A stretch of DNA of 64,000 nt from a virus. Numbering within the stretch: the stretch's first letter is position 1; each line of letters begins with the position of its first letter. Below the pieces are notes generated by a model that was given only the letters and a program-made list of their open reading frames with translations, had not been told where the DNA came from and did not search any database. The position numbers and the translations under genes were made by a program. The stretch lies in the IMG/VR virus record IMGVR_UViG_3300046491_000313, positions 3,684 through 67,683 of that record; one strand, 5' to 3'. Below are positions 59,170 to 64,000 of this stretch, piece by piece.

Positions 59170-59640
59170 TTACTCCTCGTCTTTTCTCGGTAGTTTATCG
59201 GTAGGCTTTAACTTCTTAAATACGCCTTCTACGTATAAAATTTCGTACATTGAACGCCCTCTACGTAGTGGAATGTTGTACTTTTTACCGTCTGAACCTA
59301 TGAAGTGTTCGGCGAATGAATCCGAGGACTCTTTTAGCAATCTTCGCTTTATTTGAGCTTCGGATAAGAACGGGTGTTCTTCTTTTCTTACCTTGTATGG
59401 GTCCGTATCCTTTATTTCTTCCATTAAAATATACTGCGTTAAGCGCGATAGTAGATTCGAAGGTGGTCTTAGCTCTACTTGTTCAACATAAGCGTCAATC
59501 AACTCTTCGATTTTCTCTATACGTTTTTCTCTGTCACCAATTCTTGCGTCAATAAGGCGCTGTGTGTACTCTTCTAATTCTTTTACGTAATCACCTTTAG
59601 GATTAAAGATATACATCGTTGTCATACCCCCATGCTGCAA
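59170..59640 (-). CDS. hypothetical protein
   Basis: ORF track; overlaps end of HTH gene. Confidence 0.65.
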   Translation of the reverse strand: MQHGGMTTMYIFNPKGDYVKELEEYTQRLIDARIGDREKRIEKIEELIDAYVEQVELRPPSNLLSRLTQYILMEEIKDTDPYKVRKEEHPFLSEAQIKRRLLKESSDSFAEHFIGSDGKKYNIPLRRGRSMYEILYVEGVFKKLKPTDKLPRKDEE

Positions 59641-59929
59641 ATACTGCTGCGATTTTTTCTACGGCTTTTTCTTTTCGTTTATATACCATTGATACCGCGC
59701 AATCCATTTCTTTCGCAACGATTGTCTGCGTTTGATCCTGGTAGTACAAACGTTCAACTGTTTCATGTTCAAGCGGCGTTAACTTCGCTTTTTTAATCGC
59801 TAATTCTACGTCCGATAACAATTCACTCGCTTCTAAATCCGATTGGTAATAACGTCTTGAAGCAAAAAACGGTAAATTTACTAAGAATCTTTCCATACCT
59901 TCTTTTGTTGATAATGATTTTTTTGTCAT
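59603..59929 (-). CDS. sigma region-4-like HTH transcriptional regulator
   Basis: LTPLE.E....YYQD.TQ..VA.EM......V......A..KI. Confidence 0.75.
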   Translation of the reverse strand: MTKKSLSTKEGMERFLVNLPFFASRRYYQSDLEASELLSDVELAIKKAKLTPLEHETVERLYYQDQTQTIVAKEMDCAVSMVYKRKEKAVEKIAAVFAAWGYDNDVYL

Positions 59930-59977
59930 GATTTCCTCCAGGTTTTGTTTTTCCCCCTGAAGAATCCCCTCATGAAA

Positions 59978-60511
59978 TTAAATACGTTTATCCATCATTA
60001 AATCGATTTGTTTATAAAGCTCGTTCAATTCCCCATAATTGTAAAGCTCATAATCTACTTCAAACGTATCGATATAAGATTCTGTTTCGTGTTCTAAATC
60101 TTCTTTTGAGAAAGAATCGTTTCGTTCAATCATACGTTTTAAACGGATATCATCATCACAGTTTACTCGTACGATTTTAAACCCTTCTGCTTTACATCGT
60201 TCATACTCGTTAGGCTGACGAAGATCTGTTATTAAAATCTTTGTCGCGCCGCAGTACTCGATTGCAAAGTTTACATCTTCGAATAAATGATGTACCCATA
60301 TATCAGGAGCACGCTTTCTCATCGCTTGTCCGAAAAACTGGTATAATTCTCTAGGCTTTTCTCCGTCTAGTAATTCGAAATAAAATAATTCATTCGCAGA
60401 CTTCTTTAACTTATCCCCGAAAGCATAGCAAGGAAAATGATAATAATCGTAAAGGTATCGTGCAACCGTATCTTTCCCGCTTCTCATCTTCCCCGTTAGC
60501 GCAATCTTCAT
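59978..60511 (-). CDS. deoxynucleoside monophosphate kinase
   Basis: GKMRSGKDT, AF.D.LK, RELYQ..G, ITDLRQPNE, HETE. Confidence 0.85.
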   Translation of the reverse strand: MKIALTGKMRSGKDTVARYLYDYYHFPCYAFGDKLKKSANELFYFELLDGEKPRELYQFFGQAMRKRAPDIWVHHLFEDVNFAIEYCGATKILITDLRQPNEYERCKAEGFKIVRVNCDDDIRLKRMIERNDSFSKEDLEHETESYIDTFEVDYELYNYGELNELYKQIDLMMDKRI

Positions 60512-60519
60512 TTATCGCT

Positions 60520-61107
60520 TCACCCTTCCGTACTTTTTTCTTTTACATACCGATATCTACTAATAAGGTCAAACGCATCTTCTAATGAAATATCGCCTGC
60601 AAGAATCGCTTTTTCCGTTTCATCAAAACGATCTAAAATACGTTGATTAATCGAACCTTTTTTATGATACGGCTCGATAGCAATATACTCGCCATACCAG
60701 ATGATAACGACTTCTCCTGCTTCATTTTCGGCTTGAACACATTCCCCGTTCACTCGTTTTACTAAAAGCGTTTGTCCTGATCGGAGTTCTTTTCGTTCAT
60801 TGTTTCGAATAACAACAATAAGGTCGCCTTCTTCTACTTTACTTTTTTCGCTGTACTCCGTATTTTCAAGCATAATAATATCGGTACTTTCTAACACGAC
60901 GTAATCCGTTTCGTCTAAGAATATTGATGAACCGCTTTCGCTTCGAACGTATGTTCCTTTATCGGTTTCAATCGTTAAGACGTCACCTAAACTAAGTCCT
61001 TCATCTTCATATACATCGGTTAATAGTTTAATTGATTCGAATTGTTTTGCTTCTCTTGCTCGCTCTTTATAAAAGCGAGTTAATCCATAGCTATCTTTAT
61101 CCCACAT
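60520..61107 (-). CDS. hypothetical protein
   Basis: ORF track; start moved to ATG 61107 after AAGGAGG. Confidence 0.65.
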   Translation of the reverse strand: MWDKDSYGLTRFYKERAREAKQFESIKLLTDVYEDEGLSLGDVLTIETDKGTYVRSESGSSIFLDETDYVVLESTDIIMLENTEYSEKSKVEEGDLIVVIRNNERKELRSGQTLLVKRVNGECVQAENEAGEVVIIWYGEYIAIEPYHKKGSINQRILDRFDETEKAILAGDISLEDAFDLISRYRYVKEKSTEG

Positions 61108-61127
61108 AGGAATAACCTCCTTCAATA

Positions 61128-61158
61128 TACTAAACACCAATATCCGACTTTTTATTCA
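61128..61158 (-). promoter_or_regulatory. putative phage-sigma promoter, copy 4
   Basis: TGAATAA-N13-GGTGTTTAGTA. Confidence 0.75.
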
Positions 61159-61160
61159 AT

Positions 61161-61877
61161 TTAATTCAAAATTTCGACAGCTAATGTTCGTCTTCCAAAG
61201 TTTCGCGCTTCTGTTAAATCGCTGATGAAAAGGTCCAATCTATTTCCTGTAATAGCGGAACCTGTATCGGTACAAGTTCGAATACCCACACCTTCAATCT
61301 TCATTTTTGTACCGAATGGAAAACGCGTCGGACATGATAACGTCACGCCATTTTTTGTTCTATCGCCAGAAGCTGTAACTCCGTAAGCAGGATCACCGCT
61401 TGTCTTACCCGTACTTTCGGCTCCATTCGTATATGCCGTTACAACGAATGTTTCCGTTTTTGTTGTCGTTTGTACAGGCGTCTTAACAACTTTTTTAACA
61501 CTCGTTTTTACGTCATTTGACGAAATCTTAGCAGGAACGGCTTGTTTTTCAACTTTAGCCGTCTCCGCTTTCTTCTTACCTTCCGCTTCCTTTTTTAATG
61601 CGTTTATTTCTGATTGTAGCTCGTTTACTTTTCGTTTGTTTTCTTCTGTTAAGCGATTTAGTTCATTTTCTTTTTTCAATATGATCGTATCTTTATCTTT
61701 TATTACTTTATTTTTACTTTTCAGTAAAAGCGATTGATACGTGTTTGCTACTTTGTAATCGTGCTCTTTTTCTTTTAACTTCGTAATCTCTTCTTCTTTA
61801 TTGTACACGCAATACCCTAACGCAGCATGCGAAATAACGCTAACAGCTACGAGCGCTACGGTTATTGTTTTCCTCAA
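61161..61877 (-). CDS. secreted/anchored 3D-domain cell-wall protein
   Basis: Signal segment, coiled coil, TAYT...YGVTASG...PFGT...DTGSAI.GNRLDLF. Confidence 0.85.
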   Translation of the reverse strand: MRKTITVALVAVSVISHAALGYCVYNKEEEITKLKEKEHDYKVANTYQSLLLKSKNKVIKDKDTIILKKENELNRLTEENKRKVNELQSEINALKKEAEGKKKAETAKVEKQAVPAKISSNDVKTSVKKVVKTPVQTTTKTETFVVTAYTNGAESTGKTSGDPAYGVTASGDRTKNGVTLSCPTRFPFGTKMKIEGVGIRTCTDTGSAITGNRLDLFISDLTEARNFGRRTLAVEILN

Positions 61878-61892
61878 AAAACCAGTCCTTCC

Positions 61893-62378
61893 TTATTCTC
61901 GTTCGTACGTTGATACGATCAAGTTTTTGTATAAACGATTTTTTCTAAAGATAACGAGCATACTCGGAAATGGAGCGGTGCCTCGTTCGTTTCCTTTTTC
62001 ATCGGTAAACTTTAAACGTCCTTTGATAAAGCGAATTTCGTCAGCTTTCATACAATAGTCGTGGAAGTATTTTGTGTCGGGGCGGGCTGGGATCAGTACG
62101 ACGATAGAATCAGCGTTACCACTTTCAACTTCCTCGTACGCTTTCTTTAACCAAGCGGCATTATTCGAATAAGGAGGGTTCATATAACAAGAACCCGTCC
62201 ATTTTTGCGCCAACCCATTCGTCTTTTCATCGAAATAGTTCGCACATTTAGCGTTATGACTACTTGCACAAACATCGATCGTAAACGAAAACTCTTTATC
62301 TAGCTTATCGAATAAATTTTGAGGCGTTCCCCAAACGTCTGAATTATTACTCATCATACCAGCGTTTACTTTACTCAT
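61893..62378 (-). CDS. phage N6-adenine DNA methyltransferase (T1 Dam-like)
   Basis: W.TP..LF..L..EF.F..D.CA, NPPYS, LIPAR.DT..FH, IRFIKGRLKF, APFPS. Confidence 0.9.
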   Translation of the reverse strand: MSKVNAGMMSNNSDVWGTPQNLFDKLDKEFSFTIDVCASSHNAKCANYFDEKTNGLAQKWTGSCYMNPPYSNNAAWLKKAYEEVESGNADSIVVLIPARPDTKYFHDYCMKADEIRFIKGRLKFTDEKGNERGTAPFPSMLVIFRKNRLYKNLIVSTYERE

Positions 62379-62388
62379 TTCTTTCCTC

Positions 62389-62559
62389 CTAGTTTTCGTT
62401 TGTAACGGGTCTTACAATGAAGTCTTCTTTCGAATCAAATTCGGGGTTGTTCGTTATTTCTTCGACTGTTTGAAAATATCCTTTAAACTCATAGCGTGGT
62501 TTTTCAAATGTGGAATTAATTTTTCGGAACCAACCGTACGTTTTCTGTGTTTTGTACAT
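62389..62559 (-). CDS. small hypothetical protein (56 aa)
   Basis: Hand-found MYKTQKTYGW...TNEN* with GGAGG RBS. Confidence 0.55.
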   Translation of the reverse strand: MYKTQKTYGWFRKINSTFEKPRYEFKGYFQTVEEITNNPEFDSKEDFIVRPVTNEN

Positions 62560-62571
62560 AGTTACGACCTC

Positions 62572-62856
62572 CTAGTATTGTTCGTTGTAAGGTCCTTCAA
62601 TGATGGGGTAAATTCCTGATAGTATGCGGACACGTTCGTTCATGATAAAGTTGTTGAAATAGCGATCTAAATTTTCGTGACGTAATTCGTACATTTCTTT
62701 TTGTTTAAACTTTTTATCGAGGTGGAGGCAAAAGGTTCCGTTCCAACCTAGAACTTCACCTATTACGACATACCCTTCTTTTTCTCGGTAAACGCGTTGA
62801 ATTAATAAACTACTTTTTTCTTCGATAAGAGATTGATATAAGTCATCTAATAACAT
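62572..62856 (-). CDS. hypothetical protein
   Basis: ORF track; start after GAGGAGTGA. Confidence 0.6.
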   Translation of the reverse strand: MLLDDLYQSLIEEKSSLLIQRVYREKEGYVVIGEVLGWNGTFCLHLDKKFKQKEMYELRHENLDRYFNNFIMNERVRILSGIYPIIEGPYNEQY

Positions 62857-62861
62857 GTTTC

Positions 62862-63131
62862 TCACTCCTCGATCAGTATCCAATAGTCAGGAGGAATGAT
62901 TTCTTCCCAACCACAGTGATGATAGTAGAAATAACTTTTACCGTTTTTCTTTTGGAGAATATCCCCTTGTTCAGGGAAAAAAGAGCGTATCCTTGTAAGC
63001 TGATCTTGTTCATCGTAAATTCTTATACGAAATAATTTAATCGCTTCTTCATACGACCAATACACGCCTCCGTAGGACATGCATTGAATCCGTTCGATTT
63101 CGTATTTCGTAGCTCTGTTAAGCTCGATCAT
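62862..63131 (-). CDS. hypothetical protein
   Basis: ORF track. Confidence 0.55.
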   Translation of the reverse strand: MIELNRATKYEIERIQCMSYGGVYWSYEEAIKLFRIRIYDEQDQLTRIRSFFPEQGDILQKKNGKSYFYYHHCGWEEIIPPDYWILIEE

Positions 63132-63306
63132 GATGATTATCCTTTAAATTAAACCAACCTTGGAAATCTATCTCTTTCTTTTCAGCGATAGATAAAAATA
63201 ATAGAATCATTCCTACCTTTTCACCGTGAAGCATTTTATCACCTTCGTGCGGAACATTTTTAACGATCATATTCTCGAAATAAACATCTTTTAACGTTAT
63301 ACTCAT
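63118..63306 (-). CDS. hypothetical protein (VKNVP motif)
   Basis: Start MSITLKDV after AAGGAGG. Confidence 0.55.
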   Translation of the reverse strand: MSITLKDVYFENMIVKNVPHEGDKMLHGEKVGMILLFLSIAEKKEIDFQGWFNLKDNHHDRA

Positions 63307-63317
63307 GAATATCCTCC

Positions 63318-64000
63318 TTAAATAGTTTCGAAAAACGATTTCGTCCAAGGCTCGACAGATACAACGGCTTCTTTTAATGCTTCTGCTAAATCGGTAATTT
63401 CCGCTTGTCCTCCTCGACCTTTTTGGCGTTTACTGTAAAAATCAAGTAAAGCGCGGAAGTTAGCTGTCATCGTTAAGTTAGTCGAACTAGCGTTCGGTAA
63501 TACAGCGCGACAATCCTCTTGCGGGATACCTAATGCTTGCAGTGAATCGTACGCTTCTTGTAGTTGTGCCATCACGTTTTCGAAATAGACGTTAGCAGTT
63601 GCGTTTCCTTCAATCGTTTCAGGCGTGACGTAATCGAAACCTTTGCTTCTATTACCGCTACCAAACGGAACGTATCGCTGACTTTGTACCGAGAAACTAA
63701 ACATACGATGTCTTGTTAACTGTGCAAGACAAGCGCGGCTAATTCCTTCGATAGCAAACGTAAAGGTCATGTGTTCTAACGTACTCGTGTGCTTACTGTT
63801 TACGATAAAACGGATTAAACGATCAGCTTCTGTTCCTTCTTCACCATCAGTCGCTTTTTGATTGAAATACTTGTTCGCTTCTTTACCGATAATTTCAGAC
63901 GGTTTATTCGGTGAATAACACGTACGAATAGCGGTAAGTGAGACACCTTTTCCGTTAATCTTTTCTTTTACAGATTGTTCGATTTCCTTCTGGAATTCGT
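63318..64000 (-). CDS. thyX: FAD-dependent thymidylate synthase (5' end outside window)
   Basis: H.S.LEH, QLTRHRMFSFSVQSQRYV, R.VLP, QAEI. Confidence 0.93.
   Translation of the reverse strand, partial: EFQKEIEQSVKEKINGKGVSLTAIRTCYSPNKPSEIIGKEANKYFNQKATDGEEGTEADRLIRFIVNSKHTSTLEHMTFTFAIEGISRACLAQLTRHRMFSFSVQSQRYVPFGSGNRSKGFDYVTPETIEGNATANVYFENVMAQLQEAYDSLQALGIPQEDCRAVLPNASSTNLTMTANFRALLDFYSKRQKGRGGQAEITDLAEALKEAVVSVEPWTKSFFETI

Noticed and set aside
1-64000. tRNA/rRNA genes and host chromosomal flanks
   Set aside because: None recognised by eye; all content is phage-like. A tRNA scan was not run.

Overview
Most of the genome of a ~35% GC tailed phage of a Bacillus-like host. It has a contractile PBSX/Xkd-type tail, an SU10-type capsid and an XlyA-like endolysin. 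Nearly all genes are on the minus strand. Modules: nucleotide metabolism (phoH, nrdAB, thioredoxin, dNMP kinase, thyX), replication (PolA, SSB, primase, helicase, loader, initiator), a phage sigma factor, lysis, tail, head and packaging genes. A plus-strand early region is built from five near-identical promoter/RBS cassettes. The ORF track fragments three essential genes because five group I introns interrupt them: three in nrdA (one carrying an HNH endonuclease), one in the tail-tube gene and one in the portal gene. I reconstructed all splice junctions by hand. Other notable non-coding signals: a ~260-bp iteron/hairpin element present twice, 25 kb apart; an exact TGAATAA-N13-GGTGTTTAGTA promoter-like motif found four times; a 30-bp-phased palindrome array between two divergent unknown genes; strong GATC enrichment confined to the early region; and phased repeat tracts flanking that region (possible genome ends). 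All protein calls are from motif recognition, without database searches.
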